NCBI GenBank assembly: GCA_963758525.1 | Contig: CAVWVQ010000003.1 | Span: forward strand, 1,888,001-1,952,000 | Length of the DNA: 64,000 bases | DNA from: an uncultured Phycisphaerales bacterium | GTDB lineage: Bacteria; Planctomycetota; Phycisphaerae; Tepidisphaerales; Tepidisphaeraceae | Direction: 5' to 3' | In this document: piece after piece, positions 1 to 10,459 of the stretch | Layout of the letters: the number at the start of each line of letters is the position of its first letter | Position numbering within the stretch: the first letter of the stretch is position 1 | The notes under the pieces: model-generated | What the model was told of the DNA's origin: nothing | The model's input: the letters and a program-made list of their open reading frames with translations, nothing else | Database searches by the model: none | Program-made: the position numbers and the translations under genes

Positions 1-609
1 TACCTTCAGCGTCTGCTCGACATTGTGATCCGTAATCAGAACGCTTTTGCCAAACTCCTTGCGCAGCCGGCGAACCTCCACCTGCAGGTCCTGCACCGCG
101 ATCGGATCGACGCCGCTGAACGGTTCGTCGAGCAATATGAGTTTAGGCTGGGTGACCAGCGCGCGGGAGATTTCCAGCTTTCGGCGTTCGCCGCCGCTGA
201 GCGTGTCGGCCGGCTGATTGCGCACCTTGGCCAGCCCGTATTGATCCAGGAGCAGATTGGCGCGACGGTGGCGTTCGCCGCGCGACAGATGAAGCGTCTC
301 CAGAATCGCCTGCAGGTTCTGCCAAACGGTCAGCTTGCGAAAGTCGCTACGTTCCTGCGACAGGTAGCCGATTCCGCGCCGGGCGCGTTTGTACATCGGC
401 AAATGGGTGATGTCCGCGCCGTCAAACGCAACCGCGCCGCTATCGGGCGTCACCATTCCCAGGATCATGCGGAAGGTCGTGGTTTTCCCGGCTCCATTGC
501 GGCCCAAGAGCCCGACGATCTCCTCCTGAGCCAACACAAAGCTGACTTCCTTGACGACCGCACGGCCGCCGTAACTTTTGCACAGCTTTGTCGTTTCAAG
601 CAGGTTCAT
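1..609 (-). CDS. lptB: LPS export ABC transporter ATP-binding protein (runs off left edge)
   Basis: Minus-strand translation MNLLETTKLCKSYGGRAVV...GRNGAGKTT (Walker A)...LPMYKRARRGIGYL...LSGGERRKLEISRAL...LLDEPFSGVDPIAV. The + ORF 25..777 is its antisense shadow. Confidence 0.85.
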   Translation of the reverse strand, partial: MNLLETTKLCKSYGGRAVVKEVSFVLAQEEIVGLLGRNGAGKTTTFRMILGMVTPDSGAVAFDGADITHLPMYKRARRGIGYLSQERSDFRKLTVWQNLQAILETLHLSRGERHRRANLLLDQYGLAKVRNQPADTLSGGERRKLEISRALVTQPKLILLDEPFSGVDPIAVQDLQVEVRRLRKEFGKSVLITDHNVEQTLKV

Positions 610-691
610 GCAGTGATATCGTCGGGCAAAAATATTTCCGGACTGTTAAGGAAAGCCCTGAATCCACCGGGAGTTCCATCGCATGCCACAT

Positions 692-700
692 TGTGGATAA
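692..700 (-). promoter_or_regulatory. Single perfect DnaA-box 9-mer
   Basis: TGTGGATAA on + equals TTATCCACA on -, upstream of lptB. Only one copy seen. Confidence 0.35.
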
Positions 701-1154
701 CCGGTGGAGAACCAATCTGGGAGAGGCTGCGAAAATGTCACTTTTCACGGCTCCCGCAAGTAGGCCTTGCATTTTAGAGCGCGTCCGACGCCCTGATTTC
801 TTTGGTATACATAAGGCCTGAATTAACAAACGCTTATGAGATATTCCCTCATCTCTCGCCGTGGGGGTGCGCCGAGGCAGAGTGTCCCCGAAAAAATCAG
901 CGGCCCGGGCATACTCCGAAGGGGGTGACATATCAATATCGCAAAATGTGAATAAGTCGTCGATACCCCACCCATGACGCGACCGAAGATTTTTTTTGCT
1001 TTCGTTAAGTCCGTTGTTATTCTCCACCTCCATCTCATGTCGTCCCAAGGCACAGGGGCGAATTCCCGCGAGGATGGGCTCGATGGGAACTAACGTGCTG
1101 AGTTCACGGGGAAGTGTATCGCATCCCCTCACGTCGGGAAAGGAGTGGCGTTGC

Positions 1155-1370
1155 ATGGCCACCGGTAAAGTGAAATGGTTCAACGACCAAAAGGGCTACG
1201 GGTTCATCACGGCGCAGGAAAGCAACAGGGATGTGTTCGTGCACCACTCTGCCATTGAGGGGGAAGGCTTCAAAACCCTGGCGGAAAACGAAACGGTTGA
1301 ATACGACTTCGAGGATGGCCCCAAGGGCATGAAGGCCCTGAAGGTGCGACGGCTGGTTGCTGCAAGCTGA
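1155..1370 (+). CDS. cspA: Cold-shock protein (CSD)
   Basis: MATGKVKWFNDQKGYGFI...DVFVHHSAI with RNP1/RNP2 motifs. AGGAG RBS at 1141. Confidence 0.92.
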   Translation: MATGKVKWFNDQKGYGFITAQESNRDVFVHHSAIEGEGFKTLAENETVEYDFEDGPKGMKALKVRRLVAAS

Positions 1371-1444
1371 CGGCGCGGCGCCTGTTGACGTCGGTTCTCC
1401 ACCGAAAGCGGTCGGGGTGCGCACCTCCGTCAATCAAAAATGCC

Positions 1445-1658
1445 GAATGACGAAACCAGAATCCCCGAATCAAATGAATCAAATCCGAATGACGAATGAC
1501 CGAATGACAACAGAATGCACGGAATGAAGCGCCCCGGGGTGTTCGGGCACATCGTTCGTCGGAAATGGTCGATAGCCCAGTAACCGCGAGCCAGGGCAGT
1601 TTCGGTCATTCGTCATTCGGATTTGATTATTTGATTCTGATTTCTGGTTTCGGAATTC
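1445..1658. repeat. Long imperfect inverted repeat built of GAATGAC/GAATCAA-like heptamers
   Basis: The left arm (~1445-1504) is the near reverse complement of the right arm (~1601-1658). Lies between convergent csp and pyrG. Confidence 0.8.
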
Positions 1659-1667
1659 TGGTTTTCC

Positions 1668-3413
1668 CTACACCGTCTGCGTCGTCCGACGCTTCCGCTC
1701 GCAGAATTGGACTGCGGCGGCAACCAATCCCATGAACATCGGCTGAGGACGTAACGGCCGGCTCGTCAGCTCAGGATGCGCCTGGGTGCCGACAAAATAG
1801 GGATGCACGTCCTGCGGCAATTCAAGGATCTGCATGATCGGCTGGCCGGGGGCTTTGCCGCTGAAAATCATGCCGCCGGCCTCCAGCGCAGGAATGTATC
1901 TCGGATCGACTTCGTAACGATGGCGGAACCGCAGGCGGATCTTGGCGGCATTGTCAAAGAGCTTGGCGGCAAGCGTGTTGGGAGAGATGTCAACGTCCTT
2001 TCCTCCCAGCCGCATGTTGCCGCCCAAACCTTCGATCCGCTTCTGCTCGGGGAGAATATCAATCACCGGGTTCTGGCAACCTGGTTCAAACTCGGTGCTG
2101 TTGGCGCCGGCGATGCCGCAGACGTTTCTCGCATACTCGATCACCGCCATCTGGAAGCCCAGGCACAAGCCCAGATACGGCATCTGATGTTCGCGGGCGT
2201 AGCGAATACACTCGATCTTCCCTTCGGTTCCGCGCACCCCAAATCCGCCGGGCACGACAATCGCCTGACAGTCCGCCAGCCGTCGCTCGACGTTGCTGGC
2301 GTCGATGTTGGTGGTGTCAATCCATTTGAACTTCACGTCAACGCCCTGATGCACGGCGCAATGCTCGCCCGCTTTGATGATGCTGGCGTAGGCATCGCGC
2401 AACGAGGTGTACTTGCCTGTGACGGCAATCGTGATCTCGCGACGCGCCTTGCCGATGCGATCGATGAACCATTGCCATTTCACGCGCGCCTGATCTTCGG
2501 TGCGCTGATCGACGCGGTCGTGCAAATCGAGCAGCGTGAGCACTTCGCGATCGGTGCCGGCTTCACGCAGCGATTCTGGAATCACGTAAATGCTTTCGAC
2601 ATCGTGCATTGAGAACACGCGCCGGATCGGCACGTTCGTATAGACCGAAATCTTCTCCCGCACTTTCTCCGTCACCGGCTGCGTTGCCCGGCAGGCGATC
2701 AAATGCGGCATGATGCCCACCTTCATCAGCTCGCGAATGCCCAGCTGCGCGGGCTTCGACTTTTGCTCGCCAAGCGTCCGGGGCTCGGGCACGAACGTGA
2801 GCGCCACGAACACCACCGAGTTTTCCCCTTCCTCGAATGCCAGTTGCCGGCAGGCTTCGAGGTAATGCGAATTCTCGTAGTCGCCGACAGTTCCGCCAAC
2901 CTCGACGAAGATCACGTCCGCATCAGTCTTGGCGGCCAGTTCGCGCAGCTTCAGCTTGATCTCGCCGGTGACGTGCGGGATGGCCTGCACGTCGCGGCCC
3001 AGGTACGCCCCTTCGCGCTCCTTCTTCAGCACCGCCGAGTGGATCTGGCCATTGGTCGTGAAATTGGCGGCCGAGAGGTTCTGGTCGAGCAATCGCTCAT
3101 AGGTGCCCAGATCCATGTCGGTTTCCATCCCGTCATCGAGCACGAACACTTCGCCGTGCCGATAGGGGTTAAGCGTGCCGGAATCGATGTTGTAGTACCC
3201 CTCCATCTTGATCGGCGCGATGCGAAGGCCCTTGTCCTGCAGCAACTTGGCTAAAGACGAGGAGAAGATCCCCTTGCCGAGTCCGCTCATCACGGTGCCG
3301 ACGACGATGACGTACTTATGATGCCCGCGCCGATATCCGGGGGGCATCGGCGTGTAAAATTCGGTCTCTTCCGACGACTGCCCGATCTTGGCCAGTAGTT
3401 CCTGATTGCTCAT
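1668..3413 (-). CDS. pyrG: CTP synthase
   Basis: GTVMSGLGKG, PYRHGEVFVLDDGMETDMDLG, GLCLGFQ, RHRYEV and HPE motifs. Start chosen at MSNQ because of the GGAG RBS. Confidence 0.96.
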   Translation of the reverse strand: MSNQELLAKIGQSSEETEFYTPMPPGYRRGHHKYVIVVGTVMSGLGKGIFSSSLAKLLQDKGLRIAPIKMEGYYNIDSGTLNPYRHGEVFVLDDGMETDMDLGTYERLLDQNLSAANFTTNGQIHSAVLKKEREGAYLGRDVQAIPHVTGEIKLKLRELAAKTDADVIFVEVGGTVGDYENSHYLEACRQLAFEEGENSVVFVALTFVPEPRTLGEQKSKPAQLGIRELMKVGIMPHLIACRATQPVTEKVREKISVYTNVPIRRVFSMHDVESIYVIPESLREAGTDREVLTLLDLHDRVDQRTEDQARVKWQWFIDRIGKARREITIAVTGKYTSLRDAYASIIKAGEHCAVHQGVDVKFKWIDTTNIDASNVERRLADCQAIVVPGGFGVRGTEGKIECIRYAREHQMPYLGLCLGFQMAVIEYARNVCGIAGANSTEFEPGCQNPVIDILPEQKRIEGLGGNMRLGGKDVDISPNTLAAKLFDNAAKIRLRFRHRYEVDPRYIPALEAGGMIFSGKAPGQPIMQILELPQDVHPYFVGTQAHPELTSRPLRPQPMFMGLVAAAVQFCERKRRTTQTV

Positions 3414-3521
3414 ATTCGCTGCTCTCCGGTCCGTCATCATCCGTATGTCTTCGTCCATTTGTCGTCGTGCCCGAAGGTTTTACACCCGACATCCAGGGTC
3501 AGCGACCCCGGCCGCCGGGCA

Positions 3522-4271
3522 TCATCCGTTCGCCATCGCGGCCGTCCGTCTGGTCCGGGCCACAAACTCGGCGTATTGCTCGGGCGTGTCGATGCCATGC
3601 GTCGCACGCCGGACTTCAAGCACATGAATCGCTGCGCCGTGTTCAAGCGCCCGCAGTTGCTCGAGCTTCTCGATTGCCTCCAGCCGCGTCGGCGGCCACG
3701 AAGCGAACTGGAGCAAAAAATCCCGCCGATAGGCGTAAATGCCCAGATGCAGTTGATACGCTGGCGGCTGCGCCGAGGTCGGGTCTCGGCGAAACGGAAT
3801 CGCCGACCTCGAGAAGTATCGCGCCCGACGCCGCAGGTCGGTCACCACCTTCACCAGATTCGCGTCATTCGGATCAGCTCCATCTGGAAACGCAGTTGAC
3901 GCGGTCGCCATCTCTCCGCGCGACGCTTCCATCCAGCCGATCAGTCCGTCCACCACCTCTGGCTCAATCTCCGGCTCATCCCCCTGCACATTGACGACAA
4001 TCGCATCGCTCAGCCCCCGCGCCACTTCCGCAATCCGATCCGTCCCGCTGGCGTGCCCGGGATCCGTCATCACGCAGCGCGTCCCGAACGGGGCAAGCGC
4101 ATCAACAATGCGCGGGTCGTCCGTTGCGACAATGATCTCGTTCACTGACTTGCACTTGCGCACGCGATCCACGACATGCTGCACGAGCGGCCGGCCGGTC
4201 TCACTGGCGAGAATCTTGGCGGGAAAGCGCGTCGAACCAAAGCGGGCGGGAATGACAACTGTCGCAGCCAA
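3522..4271 (-). CDS. kdsB: 3-deoxy-manno-octulosonate cytidylyltransferase
   Basis: IPARFGSTRFPAK, SGTDRIAE, VNVQGDEP, LEQLRALE. Confidence 0.95.
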   Translation of the reverse strand: MAATVVIPARFGSTRFPAKILASETGRPLVQHVVDRVRKCKSVNEIIVATDDPRIVDALAPFGTRCVMTDPGHASGTDRIAEVARGLSDAIVVNVQGDEPEIEPEVVDGLIGWMEASRGEMATASTAFPDGADPNDANLVKVVTDLRRRARYFSRSAIPFRRDPTSAQPPAYQLHLGIYAYRRDFLLQFASWPPTRLEAIEKLEQLRALEHGAAIHVLEVRRATHGIDTPEQYAEFVARTRRTAAMANG

Positions 4272-4432
4272 AGTCGCGCCTCACGTGAGCCACCGGCCAA
4301 CTTCAAACTGCGGAGCAAAAATAGTGAGGGGAAAGGGGTGTGTCAAACCACCATCTGCAATGATCGTCAACGGGGCAGAAGAGAAGGTGATTGGGATGTG
4401 GAACCTGACGGGGCTGTGACTCCACCCATTTA

Positions 4433-4458
4433 GTTTAGCGGCCGGGCTTGCCCGGCGC
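4433..4458 (+). repeat. TTAG-type REP palindrome
   Basis: TTTAGCGGCCGGGCTTGCCCGGCGC next to the transposase remnant. Confidence 0.55.
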
Positions 4459-4464
4459 TCCACT

Positions 4465-4860
4465 TCACCGAAAATCATCCCCCGATGCAAAGCCCTCGAC
4501 AAACTCCCAGCTCTGCCGTGGCAGCCCCTGCTTGACCGGATTCTCTTCGACGTATTTCACCGCGCGTTGCACGTCGTCGCCGGTGTTGAGAAAAACCTTC
4601 CAGCCTCTGTGCGCCCATATGGAAGGAACGGCTCCCGATGCATCGCGTTGAGTCGCAAGCGGATGCAATCCCTCTGCCGCAAGCTGCTGGGTCGCTCGCG
4701 CTTTGAGGTGCCCGATGATCCGCTCCCCTGGGTTCCTGTGCCGCGCTGCCACCACATGCACATGTTCCGGCAGGATCGAACACGCCAGCAGCCTATAGCC
4801 GCTCTCTGATACCGCGCGGGCAAATCCTTTGCCGACACACGCAAAGCTGAAGAAACCACT
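4465..4860 (-). pseudogene. 5'-truncated REP-associated tyrosine (Y1/HUH) transposase
   Basis: In-frame [26 protein letters not shown] (HUH)...W.HRGWKVFL...AVKYVEENP (catalytic Tyr). The frame is closed upstream by TGA with no N-terminal part. Confidence 0.75.
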
Positions 4861-4885
4861 TCACGCCGCTCGTATAATCCCCCCT

Positions 4886-7800
4886 GTGCCACTTGCCGGT
4901 TTTCATCCCACCATCCAACGCTGGTTCCAACAGCGCTTTGGCGAACCCACCGAGCCGCAACGGGAGGGGTGGCCGAAAATCCGCGCCGGCGCCCACACCC
5001 TGATTTCCGCCCCCACCGGCATGGGCAAAACCCTGGCGGCTTACCTCGCCGCGATCGATGGCCTCGCCCGTCAGGGACCCGCGCTTGCCGATCAGACATC
5101 TGTGCTCTACGTCTCGCCGCTGCGGGCATTGAGCAATGACGTTCAGAAGAACCTGCAAGGTCCGCTGCACGAATTGGCGGAGCTTGATCCGAACTTCCCG
5201 CAGATCCGCGTCCTGGTTCGTACCGGCGATACGCCGCAGCGCGATCGCGCGGCAATGCTGCGCAAACCGCCGCACATCCTCGTCACCACCCCCGAGTCGC
5301 TCTACATCCTGTTGACCAGCGCCGGCGGACGCGAAATGCTGCGAAGCGTCAGGACGGCAATTGTCGATGAAATTCACGCGCTTGCCCGCGACAAACGCGG
5401 CTCTCATCTGGCGCTCTCGCTGGAGCGCCTGGAAGCATTGACGGGCCCGATTCAACGCATCGGCTTGTCCGCCACGCAAAAGCCGCTGGAAGAGGTCGCC
5501 CGATTTCTCGTGGGCGTGGGGCGGGATTGCACGCTGGTGGACGTCGGACACCGTCGCAAGATGGACGTGGCAGTCGTCGTACCACCCTCGCCGCTTGCGA
5601 CGGTCTGTTCGCACGAGCAGTGGCATGAGATCTACGGGCAGATCGCGGGGCTTATCGACAGTCATCGCACGACGTTGATCTTCGTGAATACCCGCAAGCT
5701 GGCCGAGCGCGTCACCGCGCACCTGACCGAAGTGCTCGGCGAGGAGAAGGTCACCTGCCATCACAGCAGCCTGTCCAAAGAGCGGCGGCTGGACGCAGAA
5801 GCTCGGCTGAAATCAGGGACGCTTCGCGCTGGTGGCGACCGCTTCGCTGGAACTGGGCATCGATATCGGCGATGTCGATCTGGTGATTCAAATCGGAGCC
5901 ACGCGATCGATCGCGACGTTTCTCCAGCGCGTCGGCCGATCCGGGCATGCCGTGCGACGGATTCCAAAGGGCCGCCTGTTCCCGCTGACCATCGACGAAC
6001 TGGTCGAGGCCGCGGCGCTGCTGCGCGCCACAAAGCGGGGCGAGCTGGATCGCACGCCCCAGCCGCGAGCCCCGCTCGATATTCTCTCGCAGCAGATCGT
6101 GGCGGCATGCGTCGCGGCCGGGGAGCAGGGGTGGAACGAGCAGACGTTGTTCGAAACATTGATCCGCGCCTGGCCTTATCGGCGGCTCCCGCGGGAGGAT
6201 TTTGACGCCGTCATCAACCTGCACATCGACGGTCGCCACGGCCTGCTCCATCGCGACGCGGTGGGCGGGCGGATCATGGCCCGCAAGCGTGCCCGCATCA
6301 CCGCCATCACCGGCGGCGGGGCCATTCCCGACGTTGCCGATTATCGCGTGCTTCAGGATCCGCAGGGACTCTTCATCGGAACGCTCAACGAGGACTTTGC
6401 GGTCGAATCGAACGTTGGCGACATTTTTCAGTTGGGAAACACTTCGTGGCGCATCCTCAAGGTCGAGCGCGGCGTGGTTCGCGTGGCCGATGCCCAGGGA
6501 CAAGCGCCCTCCATTCCCTTCTGGCTCGGTGAAGGTCCATCACGAACCGCTGAGCTATCGGCGGAGATCGCGGAACTGCGCGATCAATGCGCCGCCCCAT
6601 TCGCCGCAAACGATGTCGCGTTACAGTCCACTTGCGACAACTTTCCAGCGGCTGCCCCAAGTGCAGCGTGCATGTATCTCGAACAAGAAATCGGACTCTC
6701 GCCCGACGCGGCGGCGCAAATCGCCGAGTATGTTGCCGACGGGCGACGCGTGCTCGGAACCGTGCCGACGCAAAAACGAGTCGTCCTCGAACGGTTCTTC
6801 GATGAAAGCGGCGGCATGCAGATGGTGCTGCATGCGCCGTTTGGAGGAAAGATCAACCGCGCCTGGGGCCTGGCGCTGCAAGAGATTCTGCCGTGGCTTT
6901 GGCTTCGAGCTCCAGGCCGCCGCCAACGAAGAGGCGATCGTCATTTCCCTGGGTCCGCAGCACAGCTTTCCGCTCGAAGACGTTTTCAATTATCTGCATC
7001 CCAACAGCGTGAGGGAGATTCTCACGCAGGCCGTGCTGGACCAGCCGATGTTCGAATCGAGATGGCGGTGGAACGCCACGCGGGCGCTGGTGCTTCCTCG
7101 TTCGCAAAACGGCAAAGCGGTCCCGCCGCAAATCCTGCGCATGCGTGGCGCCGATCTGCTGGCGCAGGCGTTTCCTGCCGCGGTGGCGTGTCCCGAGAAT
7201 ATGCCCGCAGGCGATCTGCCAATTCCGATGGAACATCCATTGGTGCGGCAGACGATCGAGGATTGCCTGACGGAAGCGACGGACATTGCCGGGCTGATCG
7301 AAGTTCTCCGCCACTTGCGCGATGGGTCGATCGAGCACGTCGCGGTCGATACTCCCGAACCATCCGCGTTCGCCCGCGGAATTCTCAACTCCGAGCTGTA
7401 TACGTTTTTGGATGATGCTCCGCTGGAAGAACGCCGCACGCAGGCGGTCCTCTCCCGGCGGAGTCTCGATGCGCGATTGCAGGATCAGATTGCGCGCTCG
7501 ACCCTGCAGCCGTCGAACGCGTCCGGCAGGAAGCGTGGCCGCAGCCTGAAAGCGCGGAGGAGGTCCATGACGCATTGCTATGGATCGGCTTTGTGACGGA
7601 CGCAGAGGCCGTGGATTGGAACGGCTGGCTCAGCGCGCTGGCAAGCCAACAGCGAGTGGTGCACAAAGACGGACGATGGCTCGCGGTCGACGGCCCCAGT
7701 GAGCCTGGAAAAATGCTGCTGGGCCGGCTCGAGGCGTTGGGACCGGTGTTTGAGGACGATCCGCGCATCGCCGTCGGCGATGGACCACACGCCCTGCTGA

Positions 7801-8865
7801 TGCAACTCGAACACGAAGGCACGATCCTCCGGACGCGCCTGGACGGTCGAACCGCCTGGTGCGAGCGACGCCTGCTGGCACGCATCCACCGCTACACGCT
7901 CGACAGACTCCGACAGGAAATAGAGCCCGTCAGCGCGAATGAGTTCCTTCAATTCCTCGCCTGCTGGCAGCACGTCGACGAAGAATACCGGCTCGAAGGT
8001 CCGCGCGGAGTCAGTGAGGTGTTGCGCCAACTGGCGGGATTCGAACTTCCGGCGTGGGCGTGGGAGAGCCACGTCCTGCAACGGCGCGTTCGCGATTACA
8101 AGCGCGAATGGCTCGACGACGTGACGATGAGCGGCGAGTTCGCCTGGGGAAGACTTTGGGGCGGCGCTGCGACACCGATTCGAGTGACGCCGATCGGCTT
8201 TGTCCCGCGCGAAGAGATTGACTCCTGGCTGAGCATGGCCGAGGCTCCAGCAAGCATTGGAATGTGCGGCCCTGCCAGCGACCTGCTCAACCCGCTGCGA
8301 GCTCGCGGCGCGATGTTCCCACAGCATCTGCAAAAGGCCGCCAACCTCGTGCCCGCGCACCTTGAGATGGGGCTGGCGGATCTGGTGGCGCGCGGCATGG
8401 CGACCTGCGATTCGTTTGCCGCCTTGCGGCAAATGATCACCCCGGCGTCGCGGCGCCGGGCGCCGATTCGTCCCGTCGGCCGGTGGAGTTGCTTCCGAAC
8501 GGCGGCATCGCCGGGCGAGTCGGATGAATTGAACGAGCTTGCGGCGCGGCAGCTTCTTCGCCGCACCGGCGTAGTCTTCCGGCGGACGATCGACCGAGAA
8601 AAACTGCCCGTCAACTGGTTTCGCCTGACGCGCGCCTATCGCCGATTGGAGCTCCGCGGCGAAGTGCGCGGCGGCCGATTCGTCGCCGGTTTCTCCGGCG
8701 AGCAATTCGCCCTTCCCGAAGCGGTTGAGCTGCTCAGGCACCTGCGCCGGCAAGGCCCCCGCGCCGATCAACGTTGTCTCTGCCGACCCGCTCAATTTCC
8801 AGGGCATCCTCACGCCGGAAGCGCGCATCGCGCCCGCCAGGCGACGCGAAGTGCTTGTGGGATAG
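4886..8865 (+). CDS. lhr: Lhr-family DEAD/DEAH-box helicase (about 4 frameshifts, probably assembly errors)
   Basis: [57 protein letters not shown] and C-terminal [22 protein letters not shown], across ORFs 4829/5832/6202/7575. TATAAT at 4873. Confidence 0.88.
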
Positions 8866-9204
8866 CACTTCCACTCACGAGTTCAACATCGCCGTGGCTT
8901 GCCCCTTCGCGGCCCGCGAGCAACAGCAATTTTCGATGGCCGCGGTCGCCGGCGTACACAATTAGCATGTCCCGTCACTTCCCTGTCGGTGCGAGCAACT
9001 CTCCTCCGCCAGGCTGCGTTGTGGCGCCGCCTCCCCGTTGCGCGGGCATGGGAACCACCTGCACCTTTCCCAGGCGCAACAGCTGGTCTTTCACCTCCGC
9101 GGCGGGCGCGACGACGACAATCGTCATCGCGCCGGGATCGGCGTATTTGTTCATCACATCGCGAATCTGCAGCGGCGTCAGCGCCGATCTTGCTGGAGTA
9201 GGCG

Positions 9205-9395
9205 GTAGGGTCCGCTAAAGAGCCGGGCGAAAATGTTTGTTCGAACGCAGACCCTGGCCGGCTCTTTTGCGGACCACTCGGGCACGCATGTGACGCTCAG
9301 AGTTAGTCTCTCGCGACCCCCGGGGACGGTCCGCACGGCGGCGTGGCGGTCTGCCTCTAACTCAGGGCAGCAGCGCGCCGCCGTGCGGACCCTAC
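9205..9395. mobile_element. REPIN/MITE-like element, GTAGGGTCCGC...GCGGACCCTAC termini (copy 1)
   Basis: 11-bp terminal inverted repeats with GTAG ends and two internal long hairpins. Confidence 0.8.
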
Positions 9396-9699
9396 GGGTT
9401 TGGACACGCCTCGCGAGCGAGGCGGCTAAAGGATGCGGAGTGCTGCGTACGCGGGGAAGATTCTCACTCACTTCCCTGTCGGTGCAAGTAGCTCTCCTCC
9501 GCCAGGCTGCGTTGTGGCGCCGCCTTCCCGTTGCGCGGGCATGGGAACCACCTGCACCTTTCCCAGGCGCAACAGCTGGTCTTTCACCTCCGCGGCGGGC
9601 GCGACGACGACAATCGTCATCGCGCCGGGATCGGCGTATTTGTTCATCACGTCGCGAATCTGCTGCGGGGTGACGGCGGAGATCTTGCCGGGGTAGGCG

Positions 9700-9891
9700 G
9701 TAGGGTCCGCTAGAGAGCCGGGCGAAAATGTTTGTTCGAACGCAGACCCTGGCCGGCTCTTTTGCGGACCACTCGAGCACGCATGTGACGCTCAGAGTTA
9801 GTCTCTCGCGACCCCCGGGGACGGTCCGCACGGCGGCGTGGCGGTCTGCCTCTAACTCAGGGCCAGCAGCGCACCGCCGTGCGGACCCTAC
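9700..9891. mobile_element. REPIN/MITE-like element (copy 2)
   Basis: Near-identical to 9205-9395. Confidence 0.8.
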
Positions 9892-10196
9892 GGGTTTGGA
9901 CACGCCTCGCGAGCGAGGCGGCTAAAGGATGCGGAGTGCTGCGTACGCGGGGAAGATTCTCACTCATTTCCCTGTCGGTGCGAGCAACTCTCCTCCGCCA
10001 GGCTGCGTTGTGGCGCCGCCTTCCCGCTGCGCGGGCATCGGAACCACCTGCACCTTTCCCAGGCGCAACAGCTGGTCTTTCACCTCCGCGGCGGGCGCGA
10101 CGACGACAATCGTCATCGCGTCGGGATCGGCGTATTTGTTCATCACGTCGCGCATCTGCTCCGCGGTGAACCGCGGAGATCTTGCCGGGGCAGGCG

Positions 10197-10387
10197 GTAG
10201 GGTCCGCTAAAGAGCCGGGCGAAAATGTTTGTTCGAACGCAGACCCTGGCCGGCTCTTTTGCGGACCACTCGGGCACGCATGTGACGCTCAGAGTTAGTC
10301 TCTCGCGACCCCCGGGGACGGTCCGCACGGCGGCGTGGCGGTCTGCCTCTAACTCAGGGCAGCAGCGCGCCGCCGTGCGGACCCTAC
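10197..10387. mobile_element. REPIN/MITE-like element (copy 3)
   Basis: Near-identical to 9205-9395. Confidence 0.8.
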
Positions 10388-10459
10388 GGGTTTGGACACG
10401 CCTCACGAGCGAGGCGGCTAAAGGATGCGGAGTGCTGCGCACGCGGGGACGATTCTCAC

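Noticed and set aside
25..777. 250-aa + strand ORF and other long antisense ORFs (1776..2612, 11705..13225, 15962..17386, 42633..44156, 46922..48439)
   Set aside because: Shadow frames opposite well-supported genes in high-GC DNA, with no recognisable motifs.
610..1154. Replication origin
   Set aside because: Only one DnaA box, no box cluster, and no dnaA/dnaN context.
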